A stretch of DNA of 64,000 bases from Patescibacteria group bacterium (GCA_041651015.1 JBAZKA010000002.1:6163-70162), one strand, 5' to 3'. Shown: positions 50,090-60,197, counted from the stretch's first letter. Notes: generated by a model not told the origin, from the sequence alone. Numbers and translations are program-made.

Positions 50090-52384
50090 TTATTCAGCAA
50101 CTGTTCCGCCGCCAACCAATGTTCTAATCTTTGCCACAATGTCTTTATTATCGGGATTCAACTCTTTAACTTTATAATAATATTGTAAAGCTTGTGTTTT
50201 GTCCCCTTTGGCTTCATACAACAAACCCAAACTATAAAGCGCGTTTGAATATCCTGGTTGTAATCTTATCGCCTCTTTCCAAAGAGATTCAGCATCATCA
50301 CGGTCTTTGTCTTTATTACGATTATACAGAATACGTCCAAAATCGTAGAGAATGGATGCCTCGGATGACCCGCCATTATTTAAGGCCTTCTTGTAAGCGT
50401 CAACCGCCTCATCCATTTTACTTTGTTGTTCGTATGTCCCGGCCAGAGCCACATACGCATCCAGATAATCGGCTTTTAACTCAGTCGCCTCTTTATAACT
50501 CTTTACCGCGTTATCATAATCTTTTGACAAATAATAATTGTTACCGAGACGCAAAGCGAGCAATGGATTGGTCGGTTCCAAATCTTTGGCCGTTTGCCAT
50601 GACTTGAGCGCCCAAGTTCGCGCCTCGGGCACAAGCACGGCCGCGTTCTCATACATCACCGCCAGGTTCTCCCAAATTGCCACTGACTTTGGTGATAAAT
50701 CCGTGGCTGTCCTAGCTTCGTTCACGGCCAATGCCACATTTGAACTTACGTTTTGCAAATCAGCTGAACTGGTACTATTCACCAATTTTACCGCTTGCGC
50801 CAAATACACTTGGGCTAAAGCTGAATGATACAAATCAGAACCATTGCGCAAAGACAGCGCATTTTGCAAATCCGCCTGTGCCTTGTCATAATCCGTTTCC
50901 ACGGTCGCTTTGGCGTAATTCACTTCCGCCATATACAATCTGGCACCCCACACACCAACCATGATCAAACCGGCGAGCACAACAATCATTATAAAAGAAA
51001 AGGTTAAACTATATTGTGGTGTATCTTCCATTTCCCATTGTTTCAATTTTACCACCTCGGAATTGGCAAACGACAAACCAGAAATAACCAAACCGAGAAG
51101 CATCCACCACAACCACCACAACACCGGACCAAAAAATATTATGGACATTGAGCCGGTGAGCACAAGCCACGCCGCCGCTGATGCAAAAATATCAATGCGA
51201 ATATCCGAGTCATCAGAAATATCAGCATTACGCTGAGATAATTGTGACACTCTTTTGAACCATACATTAAAGACATGCCCAACCGCGTACAAAACGACAA
51301 ATAAAATTACCAAGACAAACAAAACCCCGCTTTCAGACATCAAGGCAAAAAATGTTGAGTAGGGCTGACTAAATCTAAGCGACCACACCCATGAATCAGT
51401 ATTAAATTCCACGGCGCGATATTTGGAAAAATCCACATTAAATGTGCCGGGACCGCTACCGATAATAAAGTCCTTTGCGCCGCTCGTAATTGTCTTCAGC
51501 CCGATTGTCCACGAAGGCGATGAGCCCAAAGAAATTTCCGCCGGCACCGATGTCTGCATGGCACGCGGTGTTCCGAAAGCAATAAATACCACGGTCAAAA
51601 CCAGCATGGCAAAAAGCGCCGAGACCCATCCTAGCCGGACTTCTTTCATAAAACTGACGCCAATCAACAAAAGAATGATCAACCCGGCTATTACCACCCA
51701 CCAGAGCACGCTAAAACTTAATAAAATTAAACTAACAAAAGATAAAACCGTAACGGAAAAATACACTAATGTTTTTACTAGTGACAAATTACGCTTCAAC
51801 ATATTGCCGGCCGCGAGAATAAATACGACTGCCATCCATAAACCAAACGGCGTGTTTAACTTATCCACGGTATTCAAGGCGCCGGGAAACATTAAGCCAA
51901 TCAAATCAAAATTAAAAATTGCCTTGATCGCAAATATAAGCGACGTAAATCCGCCCACATAAATTATCACCTCTATCATTTTGTTCCAACGAGACCGCGA
52001 GTTGATGATATTTACAATCAAAAAATAAAATACCGCCAAAAAAATCAAATAGGTATAATTAAAGATAAAATATTCGTTTCGCCCCAAAAATGAATCATAG
52101 CGATTAGCGGAAAAAATTGAGGAAAACAAGGCGACCAGCAAAAGCCCCAATATTGGCAAATCCATGATTGAACGCCGGAACGACAATGACTTGGAAATAA
52201 CCATCTTGGCCACAAATAATATCACATTAACCAAGAGCAGGCATATAAACACATACTGTTTTGGTATGATATAGAAATTCGCCAAATTTTTGTCCATGAA
52301 AAGCGGAATCACCACTGCATTCACCAAAAGAAAAACATAGGACAATGTGTCCAGCACCTTCAACAATTTTTGGTTTGCCAACAT
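50090..52384 (-). CDS. multi-TM O-antigen-ligase-like protein with C-terminal TPRs
   Basis: About 12 TMs, IGSGPGTF motif, TPR repeats. Confidence 0.8.
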   Translation of the reverse strand: MLANQKLLKVLDTLSYVFLLVNAVVIPLFMDKNLANFYIIPKQYVFICLLLVNVILFVAKMVISKSLSFRRSIMDLPILGLLLVALFSSIFSANRYDSFLGRNEYFIFNYTYLIFLAVFYFLIVNIINSRSRWNKMIEVIIYVGGFTSLIFAIKAIFNFDLIGLMFPGALNTVDKLNTPFGLWMAVVFILAAGNMLKRNLSLVKTLVYFSVTVLSFVSLILLSFSVLWWVVIAGLIILLLIGVSFMKEVRLGWVSALFAMLVLTVVFIAFGTPRAMQTSVPAEISLGSSPSWTIGLKTITSGAKDFIIGSGPGTFNVDFSKYRAVEFNTDSWVWSLRFSQPYSTFFALMSESGVLFVLVILFVVLYAVGHVFNVWFKRVSQLSQRNADISDDSDIRIDIFASAAAWLVLTGSMSIIFFGPVLWWLWWMLLGLVISGLSFANSEVVKLKQWEMEDTPQYSLTFSFIMIVVLAGLIMVGVWGARLYMAEVNYAKATVETDYDKAQADLQNALSLRNGSDLYHSALAQVYLAQAVKLVNSTSSADLQNVSSNVALAVNEARTATDLSPKSVAIWENLAVMYENAAVLVPEARTWALKSWQTAKDLEPTNPLLALRLGNNYYLSKDYDNAVKSYKEATELKADYLDAYVALAGTYEQQSKMDEAVDAYKKALNNGGSSEASILYDFGRILYNRNKDKDRDDAESLWKEAIRLQPGYSNALYSLGLLYEAKGDKTQALQYYYKVKELNPDNKDIVAKIRTLVGGGTVAE

Positions 52385-52633
52385 AATTATGAATTAATTA
52401 ATAATTATTTATATAGATTTCACGCATTTATTTATTGAATGCGTCTTTACATAATTATATCATATATATAGACCTATGTTAACTGTGCATAAGATAATTT
52501 TCGCGTAGCATCGTTTACCTCGCAACAACAGTAAATATATTTTCTCCGGCAGTCGGTTGCGCACGCGGCACACAAGATTGATAAAATTTATTTATCGCCG
52601 TTAATGTTTTATCAACACACCTGACTACCTTCA

Positions 52634-52659
52634 GTTTGTATACACTAGTGTATACAAAC
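52634..52659. repeat. perfect 26-bp palindrome, copy 1 of 3
   Basis: GTTTGTATACACTAGTGTATACAAAC; identical at 53385-53410 and 53644-53669. Confidence 0.9.
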
Positions 52660-52720
52660 ATCCACTTTATGAGCAGGTTATGCACAGACTTATCCACAAT
52701 GCTTTGCGTTGTGTAGGTGG

Positions 52721-52996
52721 GTTCGATTCCTTGTTTTATATATAATAAAAAGCGCATAAATGCGCTTTTTATTATGTGGACCTGGGGGGAATTCCGCATC
52801 GTCTCGTCCGCCCTAGGCGGACTCGACTCTTTGTCCTGGGCAGCGGCGGACTTCCACCGGAAGTCCGCCGACACTCGTCAGCTCGTTTTTGCTTCCGCAA
52901 AAACTTCGCGCCTCGTTCCTGCCCGTTCGATTCCTTGTTTTATATATAATAAAAAGCGCATAAATGCGCTTTTTATTATGTGGACCTGGGGGGAAT
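52721..52996. repeat. 72-bp direct repeat (52721-52792, 52925-52996) duplicating the tRNA-Ala 3' end and terminator
   Basis: Identical copies with a 204-bp period around a GC-rich palindromic spacer. Confidence 0.88.
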
Positions 52997-53051
52997 CGAA
53001 CCCCCGCCTCAGCAATGCGAATGCCGCATAATACCACTTTACTACAGGCCC
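52981..53051 (-). tRNA. tRNA-Ala(CGC)
   Basis: GGGCCTG...CAGGTCC-A acceptor with G3:U70, anticodon loop TTCGCAT, GTTCGATT T-loop. Confidence 0.9.
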
Positions 53052-53100
53052 TGATGTTGTTTTGCTGGATTATATCACAATAAAAAAATAAATCAAGACT

Positions 53101-53284
53101 TCATCTGTTCCCCGCCTGCCATCGCCTGTGCCCCCAGTATGAATCGAACACACATCCACCCCTTAGGACGGGGTTGTTCTATCCATTGAACTATGGGGGC
53201 TCAGGCAAGGGCGGGCAGGTATCCGCACCGACGCCTATTCGGGGTCGGTGCCCCGACTTTACGTCGGGGTTGAACTACGGGGAC
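53101..53284 (-). pseudogene. 5' fragment of a tRNA-Arg interrupted by palindromic insertions
   Basis: Removing inserts 53225-53268 and 53111-53219 restores GTCCCCGTAGTTCAAC-GGATA-GAACAGATG. Confidence 0.55.
53129..53200 (-). tRNA. tRNA-Arg(CCT)
   Basis: GCCCCCA..TGGGGGC-A acceptor, ACCCC gtCCTaa GGGGT anticodon arm, T-arm. Confidence 0.9.
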
Positions 53285-53513
53285 GACTATACTTTATTTA
53301 TTGTGGCTAGGGGTTGTTCCACACCAGACATGCCTTTCGCGTATCCGAGGCGGGCAGGTCGAAGTTAGACTTCGTGGCCTTTACGTTTGTATACACTAGT
53401 GTATACAAACAGACTGATTGTAGCAAAATCCTTACTCATGTGAAACAATCATACCAAACTTTGAAACAAAAATCAAGTAATACAGTTTTCGCCGAAATTA
53501 GCCAAATTCCTAA

Positions 53514-53529
53514 TGTTCCACATGAAACA
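53514..53529. promoter_or_regulatory. parS-like site
   Basis: TGTTCCACATGAAACA, one mismatch to TGTTNCACGTGAAACA. Confidence 0.65.
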
Positions 53530-53732
53530 ACGCGTATTCGTGAAAATTGTGGAAAAACCATGCCTGAATTCTGCATATAAATCATGCCTATCAGCACGTA
53601 TTATTGACTAACCAAAATATCTTAACCCCCTATAAATGTACCAGTTTGTATACACTAGTGTATACAAACTCATGCGCATTACTAAGAATTAATCGCGCCC
53701 AAGCAACAAATGACAGCCTAGAGATCTGTATT

Positions 53733-53748
53733 TGTTCCACGTGGAACA
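53733..53748. promoter_or_regulatory. parS centromere-like site
   Basis: TGTTCCACGTGGAACA perfect palindrome. Confidence 0.8.
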
Positions 53749-53898
53749 AATAGCAACCCTAGATGACAACATGACTAATAAGTGGTACAATTACAAAAAT
53801 GACGACTATTACCTCATATGATATTAATAATAGCGCTAATCGTGATTGCCCTAACCGCGATCATCATATATACTAGTATCAAAGATAAAATATAATCT

Positions 53899-54978
53899 AT
53901 GAATACCTTTTCAATTCTCGCGTTCTCCGCATTAATTGTCATAACTGCCGCCTTGGTGACAATCATCGTCCGTCTGACCAAAAAACAGGCCACTCCAACC
54001 GACCAAGGCCCCTATCTTTTGATACAAAACCAGATTCAGGAACTGGCCCGGCTGGTAGACTCCAAAATTTCCGAGACAAACAAAGCCATGAACGACACGC
54101 AATCCTCTTTACACAAAACGATTCAAACCCAATTTGGCCAAAATATCAAAGTCATCACCGATATCACCGAGCGTTTAACTAAACTGGATGAAACAAATAA
54201 ACAAATTATTGGTTTTGCCGATCAACTGCAAAGTTTGGAAGATGTTTTGCAAAATCCCAAACAACGAGGTATTCTCGGCGAATACTTTTTGGAAAACGTC
54301 TTGAAAAATGTTTTACCGCCCGGCAGTTTCCAGATGCAATATAAATTTCCCGATGGCGATATTGTGGACGCGGTGGTGTTTGTAAAAGACAAACTCATAC
54401 CAATTGACTCCAAGTTTAGCTTGGAAAACTATAATAAAATCGTGGCAGAAAAGGATCCCGAACGCCGGACTGAGCTGGAAAAACTTTTTAAAAATGATTT
54501 GAAAAACCGTATTGATGAAACAAGCAAATACATCAAACCTAAAGAGGGGACTATGGATTTCGCGTTTATGTTTATCCCGGCCGAAGGAATATATTATGAT
54601 TTACTGATCAACCAGGTCGGGGCAATGAAAATCAACACTCATGATTTGATTGAATACGCTTTTAAGGAAAAACGCGTGATTATTGTCTCGCCAACATCTT
54701 TTCTCGCTTATTTGCAAACCGTCATGCAAGGGTTGCGCGCTTTACAAATTGAAGAAACAGCCAAAGAAATCCGCCAGAGGGTGGAGGATTTGGGCAAGCA
54801 TTTGCTGGCTTATGATGAATATTTAAAAAAATTAGGCAATAATTTGTCCACAACCGTAAACGCCTATAATATTTCTTATAAAGAATTTAATAAGATTGAT
54901 AAGGATGTGATAAAAATCGCCGGCGGTGAAAAAATCATTGAGCCGTTGGTGTTGGATAAACCGAGAATTGATGAGTAA
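53899..54978 (+). CDS. rmuC: DNA recombination protein RmuC
   Basis: KQRGILGE, IDSKFSL, TMDFAFMFIPAEG and VSPTS. Confidence 0.93.
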   Translation: MNTFSILAFSALIVITAALVTIIVRLTKKQATPTDQGPYLLIQNQIQELARLVDSKISETNKAMNDTQSSLHKTIQTQFGQNIKVITDITERLTKLDETNKQIIGFADQLQSLEDVLQNPKQRGILGEYFLENVLKNVLPPGSFQMQYKFPDGDIVDAVVFVKDKLIPIDSKFSLENYNKIVAEKDPERRTELEKLFKNDLKNRIDETSKYIKPKEGTMDFAFMFIPAEGIYYDLLINQVGAMKINTHDLIEYAFKEKRVIIVSPTSFLAYLQTVMQGLRALQIEETAKEIRQRVEDLGKHLLAYDEYLKKLGNNLSTTVNAYNISYKEFNKIDKDVIKIAGGEKIIEPLVLDKPRIDE

Positions 54979-55067
54979 GCATTGACAAAAATGAAAATTT
55001 GGTGTATAATCCAAACAAATTCGTTCATTCATCGCGCCTCGGCGAAATCTGAGGCAAGGAGGAAATC

Positions 55068-55259
55068 ATGGCAAAACAACACTGGAATAATCGTCCGTCA
55101 GTCGTGCTGTGGTGGAACGGCAATGAATATATTCCCTGTCAAGTTATCTCGACATCCAAAGGTACTATTCGCATTCGTATCGCCGAGGGAAATTTTGTCG
55201 GACGCACAATCGAGATCGCAAATTCCTCATTGAATCCTGCAAATATGGTTTTGATGTGA
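55068..55259 (+). CDS. 63-aa small protein
   Basis: TTGACA-17-TATAAT at 54982-55010 and AGGAGG RBS. Confidence 0.6.
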   Translation: MAKQHWNNRPSVVLWWNGNEYIPCQVISTSKGTIRIRIAEGNFVGRTIEIANSSLNPANMVLM

Positions 55260-55401
55260 TGAAACAGCTCTTTCTTTCCGCAAAACCCCGCCACGTGGCT
55301 CCGTTCTCGGAGTCTTCTTTTTTACTTAGTGAGGGGTTTGACAAAAAATCATTTTTGCGTTATCATTACAACGCTCTCATTTAGAAATCAAATTTATATT
55401 T

Positions 55402-55653
55402 ATGCCAAATAAGCAAAATGCTAAAAAGGCTTTGCGACAAAACGCCAAGCGACGCGCTCGCAACATGGTGCGCAAAGACGCTTTCCGTGATGCTATCAGA
55501 AACGCAAACAAGGCGACAAGTAAAGAAGAAGCTCTGAAAATCGCCCGCGCGGCGCAAAAGGCCTTGGACAAAGCATCCAAAACTCGAGCCATCCGAAAAA
55601 AAACCGCTGCTCGCAAATTGTCCCGCTTGATGAAGAAGGTCAACGCGAAATAA
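55402..55653 (+). CDS. rpsT: 30S ribosomal protein S20
   Basis: MPNKQNAKKALRQ..., LDKA and AARKLSRL. Confidence 0.93.
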   Translation: MPNKQNAKKALRQNAKRRARNMVRKDAFRDAIRNANKATSKEEALKIARAAQKALDKASKTRAIRKKTAARKLSRLMKKVNAK

Positions 55654-55659
55654 TAAATT

Positions 55660-55689
55660 AAAACATCAGCCCCGGGCTGATGTTTTTTT
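55660..55689. terminator. bidirectional terminator
   Basis: AAAACATCAGCC..GGCTGATGTTTT. Confidence 0.75.
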
Positions 55690-55707
55690 ATTACGCGCAG
55701 CTCGAAT

Positions 55708-56382
55708 CTATTTTTTCTTGGCCGCCATGTCCATGTCCCAAATCATTTTTTGTGTTTTATATACCACCAAACACAGGCCGACAAATGAAAAAGCCAAAAT
55801 AAACGGCAGGACCCGGCCCATATAGGTCTTGCCAAAATATATTATCAATGTGTTGATGATAATAAACAACAAGCGAATTTCCGTCGGGCCGATATACAAG
55901 AAAAATTGCTTAAATTTATTAGTGACCGCGAAATCCAAATATGAATTCACCATGAACGCACCGAGTATGGCCATTACGAAAAAAATTGTGTAATCATAAC
56001 GATCGGGCATAATCAAGGCATAACCAATTAGAACCGAAAACAAGAACATATAATCCAAAAAGTGGTCCATGTAATAGCCCCACTTAATCGTTCCCGTATC
56101 ACGATAACGACCCAAAGCGCCGTCCAGCAAATCCGTGACATACTGCAAAAAAATTGCCAATGAAACCAACCACAACCAATGGACATTGGACTTCGCCATG
56201 TAACTGGCTCCAACTATTATTAGACACCATGGAATTGTCATTAAGGTCAAATGATAGCCTTCCAGCCATAAAGGGATCTTCGGCACGACATAATCGCGAA
56301 ATTTCACATCCCAGGCATAAAAAATAGACGTTCCGAATTTTTTATCACCGGCGAACGAAGTGTTGTCGTCTTTTTCTGGCAT
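55708..56382 (-). CDS. CDP-alcohol phosphatidyltransferase family protein
   Basis: TDLLDGALGR...GYYMDHFLD motif. Confidence 0.85.
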   Translation of the reverse strand: MPEKDDNTSFAGDKKFGTSIFYAWDVKFRDYVVPKIPLWLEGYHLTLMTIPWCLIIVGASYMAKSNVHWLWLVSLAIFLQYVTDLLDGALGRYRDTGTIKWGYYMDHFLDYMFLFSVLIGYALIMPDRYDYTIFFVMAILGAFMVNSYLDFAVTNKFKQFFLYIGPTEIRLLFIIINTLIIYFGKTYMGRVLPFILAFSFVGLCLVVYKTQKMIWDMDMAAKKK

Positions 56383-56405
56383 ATTTTATAAAACAATATT
56401 TAATC

Positions 56406-57368
56406 CTATAATTTTCCCACAAACAAATCAACGAGGAAATCATGTTTGGCCACGCCGGTTTTCACGCCGACATCAATATTTAGAAGTTCATCGTAAATAC
56501 GTCGTAAATCTGGCAAACTAAAACGACGGACTTGGGCCAAAGATTTTTTGGCCACGAATGGATGAATACCGAGGGCTTTGGCAATCTGGTCGCTGGTTAA
56601 GTTATCTTCACGCTCCCACAAATCCCGCATCTGCACGAGAATCTTAAACTGCCGGAGCATCATAGCAAAAATATAGCCGTCGTCTTGCCCGAGTTTTCGT
56701 TCATCGGTCAAAAGTTTGTAAGCCAGCTTTTTATTGTCCGCGGCAATGGCATCAATTAAATTAAAAATATTATCTTCAAGTTTTTCCTCGGCAAACAACG
56801 CCACGTCGGCCGAAAGAATTTCGCCGCCTTTTTTGTAGGCGATCAATTGATCAATGACAGAATTAACAAGCCACATGTCTTTGCCAATATCATCGGCAAT
56901 TTTTTGCGCCGCCATTCTATCTATGGACGCGCCGCGCGCCGTGACTTCTTTGACAATCCAATTTACCAGTTCATTGCGGTCCATGGCTGGAAACTCATAA
57001 GCGTATTTTTGTTTTTTCAAAATCTCGGCGAGTTTCTTGGCTTCATTGGTTTTACCGATTGCTTCAGCTTGCCAGATAATCGCTACATTGGCCTCAGGCA
57101 ATTTGTTTTCATTAATTATCTCGGATAATTTATCCAAAAAATCTTTATTGCTGGAAGATAGGGGATTTTTCAAAACAATCATTCGCTTTTCGGCGAGAAA
57201 CGGCAAAGCCAAAAGCTCGCCGACCATTTTATTCGGTTCGTCTTTTTGCGCGTCAAACGAGAGGGTGTTGAAGCCCTGCGGGTCGCGCTTAGCCTTGAAT
57301 TCATTGACGCTTTGGCGCAAAAAGTTGTGGCTGCGCCAATCGTCTTCACCGTAAATATATAGAAGCAT
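56406..57368 (-). CDS. holA: DNA polymerase III delta subunit
   Basis: YIYGED, PFLAEKR, LGIHPFVAKK and D..VKTG. Confidence 0.9.
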   Translation of the reverse strand: MLLYIYGEDDWRSHNFLRQSVNEFKAKRDPQGFNTLSFDAQKDEPNKMVGELLALPFLAEKRMIVLKNPLSSSNKDFLDKLSEIINENKLPEANVAIIWQAEAIGKTNEAKKLAEILKKQKYAYEFPAMDRNELVNWIVKEVTARGASIDRMAAQKIADDIGKDMWLVNSVIDQLIAYKKGGEILSADVALFAEEKLEDNIFNLIDAIAADNKKLAYKLLTDERKLGQDDGYIFAMMLRQFKILVQMRDLWEREDNLTSDQIAKALGIHPFVAKKSLAQVRRFSLPDLRRIYDELLNIDVGVKTGVAKHDFLVDLFVGKL

Positions 57369-57527
57369 AACGGTATCATCATACAATGTTAGAGGCGGGT
57401 TGGCAAATTATAGTGATACTTTTGCCTTTTTAGTTGTTAACTTGTTGACAACTTTTTACCCATTATCAAAAACAAAAGTTGTCAACTGAATGACAATTAA
57501 ATAGACGACTTACCCGATAACACCGGC

Positions 57528-60197
57528 CTATTTCACCTCGCCCCAATTATCCGCCGCGTTCACCTCGGCCACGACCGGCACGCGCAATTTAACCACGTTT
57601 TCCATGGCTTCTTTTATTATTTTGGAAACGTCATCAATCAAATTTTCTTTCACTTCAAAAATCAACTCGTCATGAACCTGCAACAACATCCTCGCGTCTT
57701 CAGACGAATATTTATTTAGTGCGCTGTTCACCGCCACCATCGCCATTTTCATGAGGTCGGCAGCCGTGCCTTGCACCGGATGGTTGATGGCCATGCGCTC
57801 GGCGCCGGAACGGATCTGATAATTACTCACATTAATTTCCGGAATATAACGCCGGCGTCCAAAAAGAGTTTCCACATAACCGGACTGGCGCGCGAACTCC
57901 AGCGTGGAATCTAAATATTTTTTCACCCCGCTGAATTGTTCAAAATATTTATCAATAAATTGTTTGGCTTCGTATTGAGTCAAGTCCACTCGCGCGCTGA
58001 GCCCGTACGAGCCCATACCATAAAGCACGCCAAAGTTTACCTGCTTGGCGGCGCTGCGCATTTCCTTGGTGACCTCGTCCAACGGGACGTTGTTCACAAT
58101 CGCGGCCGTGGCTCTATGAATATCCTCGCCCTTCTCAAAAATCTCAATCATTTTTTTGTCTTCGGCGAGCGAGGCGACAATGCGAAGTTCAATCTGTGAA
58201 TAATCAGCGCTGATTAATTTATTACCGGATTCAGCGATAAAACATTTACGAATTTCATTGCCCAATTCCCCGCGGATGGGAATGTTTTGCAAATTCGGGT
58301 CCGAGCTGGACAGGCGTCCGGTGGCGGTAATGGCTTGGTTGTAAGTGGTGTGCACGCGCCCGGTTTTGGGATTTACTAATTTTGGCAACACGTCCACATA
58401 AGTATTTTGCAATTTGGTCAGCTCGCGCCATTTTTCTATTTCATCAATAATCGGATGAAGTCCGCGCATTTTTTCCAATTCGGCTTGCGCCGTGGACAAA
58501 CCGGTTTTGCCTTTTTTGATGCCAAGCGCGGGAATGTCCATTTTTTCAAACAACACTTCGCGTAACTGGTTAGGCGAACCAATGTTGAATTCTCCGCCGG
58601 CATGCTCGTAAATCTTCTCCGTAATTTGCTTAACTTCGCACATCAGATGTTCGGACAAACGCTGTAATTCTTTCAAATCAATTTTCACGCCGTTTAACTC
58701 CATCCGGGCAAGTATCAAAGCCACTGGGATTTCCAATTTGACAAGCAAGTCTAAATTGTTGGCCGTGGATAATTCATTTTCTAAAATTAATTTTACCGAG
58801 GAAATCCGGCACCAATCTTCGGCCTCGGCGCGTTTATCAATGCCGAACAAACCGGCCTGACCGGCGCCGACTTTTCTTTCCGAACCCAAATATTTCAAAG
58901 CCAAACTATTTTCGTCATGCGCCCGCGTGCCCGGGTTCAACAAGTACGAAGCGAGCATCAAATCAAAAAGTTTGCATTTGACGTTCACGTTGCGCAAAAA
59001 TAATATTTTTACGAATTTCTTTATATCATGAACACATACTTCAATTGACTCGTCAGAAAAAATTTCCGTCAAATTATCAAATAAATTTTCCGGAATAAAA
59101 TACGCGTTATTATCAATTGCCGCGACAAAACCTTCTGGTTTGAAACTATAAACATCGGCATTAACGCCAATGACTTTGAACGCCACCGAACCAATATCTT
59201 TTATTTTTTTAATCAAATCTTTGGCGCCGGCCTTGTCCGCAATTTCATAATACTCAATATTCTTGGCGGTAATTTTTTTGTTAGTCTTTTTTTCCATTTT
59301 CGGCATTTCAGATTCCTCGCCCGGCAAACGACGCACCAATGAATAAAATTCCAACTCACGAAAAATATTAATAACTTTTTCCCGGTCAAAATCCTTGGCT
59401 CGGCATTGTTCCAAATTAAAATCCACATCCGGCACGTCCTGATCAATCGTCGCCAAATCATAACTCATTCGCGCGCTGGCCTCGCCATCAACCAATTTTT
59501 TTATCACGCCGGGTTTAATTTTTTCTTCAATTCCCGCTATTTTTATTTGTTTATATATTTCTTCCAGATTACCAAACTTCTGCAAAAGATCCACTGCGGT
59601 TTTTTCACCAATGCCGGGCACGCCCGGAATATTGTCTGACGCATCGCCGCGCAAAGCTTTATAATCTATCATTTGGTCGGGTGAAAAACCAAAAGTGTTT
59701 TTTACTTCTTTCGCGTCATACACCACGGTGTCGCTCATGCCTTTGCGCAAAGTAAAAACTTTTGTATTTCCACCCACAAGCTGCAGAGTGTCTTTGTCGC
59801 CGGTGACGATCATGATTTCCAAATCAGAATTATTTTTGTTTTTCTTTACCACGGTGCCGATGACATCATCAGCCTCATAACCGGATTTTTCGTAAATCGG
59901 GATATTAAACGCCTGCACTAAATCATGCACCAGAGGAATCTGATCATATAATTCTTGGTCGGCTTTAACGCGGGTGGCTTTGTATTTATCAAATTTTTCG
60001 TGGCGGAAAGTCGGGCCCTTCACATCAAAAGTCACCGCGATATATTCAGGTTTCAAATCATGCCAAGCCTTGAGAAGCATGGAAGCAAAGCCGTAAACCG
60101 CATTGACCATACGCCCATCTTTGGTGGTCATCGGAGGTAGGGCGTGGTAGGCCCTGTGTATTATTGCATTACCGTCAATAATAATTAATCTTTTCAT
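57528..60197 (-). CDS. polA: DNA polymerase I
   Basis: IDGNAIIHRAYHALP, SDNIPGVPGIG, ADYSQIELR and LQVHDEL. Confidence 0.98.
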   Translation of the reverse strand: MKRLIIIDGNAIIHRAYHALPPMTTKDGRMVNAVYGFASMLLKAWHDLKPEYIAVTFDVKGPTFRHEKFDKYKATRVKADQELYDQIPLVHDLVQAFNIPIYEKSGYEADDVIGTVVKKNKNNSDLEIMIVTGDKDTLQLVGGNTKVFTLRKGMSDTVVYDAKEVKNTFGFSPDQMIDYKALRGDASDNIPGVPGIGEKTAVDLLQKFGNLEEIYKQIKIAGIEEKIKPGVIKKLVDGEASARMSYDLATIDQDVPDVDFNLEQCRAKDFDREKVINIFRELEFYSLVRRLPGEESEMPKMEKKTNKKITAKNIEYYEIADKAGAKDLIKKIKDIGSVAFKVIGVNADVYSFKPEGFVAAIDNNAYFIPENLFDNLTEIFSDESIEVCVHDIKKFVKILFLRNVNVKCKLFDLMLASYLLNPGTRAHDENSLALKYLGSERKVGAGQAGLFGIDKRAEAEDWCRISSVKLILENELSTANNLDLLVKLEIPVALILARMELNGVKIDLKELQRLSEHLMCEVKQITEKIYEHAGGEFNIGSPNQLREVLFEKMDIPALGIKKGKTGLSTAQAELEKMRGLHPIIDEIEKWRELTKLQNTYVDVLPKLVNPKTGRVHTTYNQAITATGRLSSSDPNLQNIPIRGELGNEIRKCFIAESGNKLISADYSQIELRIVASLAEDKKMIEIFEKGEDIHRATAAIVNNVPLDEVTKEMRSAAKQVNFGVLYGMGSYGLSARVDLTQYEAKQFIDKYFEQFSGVKKYLDSTLEFARQSGYVETLFGRRRYIPEINVSNYQIRSGAERMAINHPVQGTAADLMKMAMVAVNSALNKYSSEDARMLLQVHDELIFEVKENLIDDVSKIIKEAMENVVKLRVPVVAEVNAADNWGEVK

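Noticed and set aside
52515-53580. ORFs across the tRNA/parS region
   Set aside because: Overlap tRNAs and repeats; non-coding explanation is sufficient
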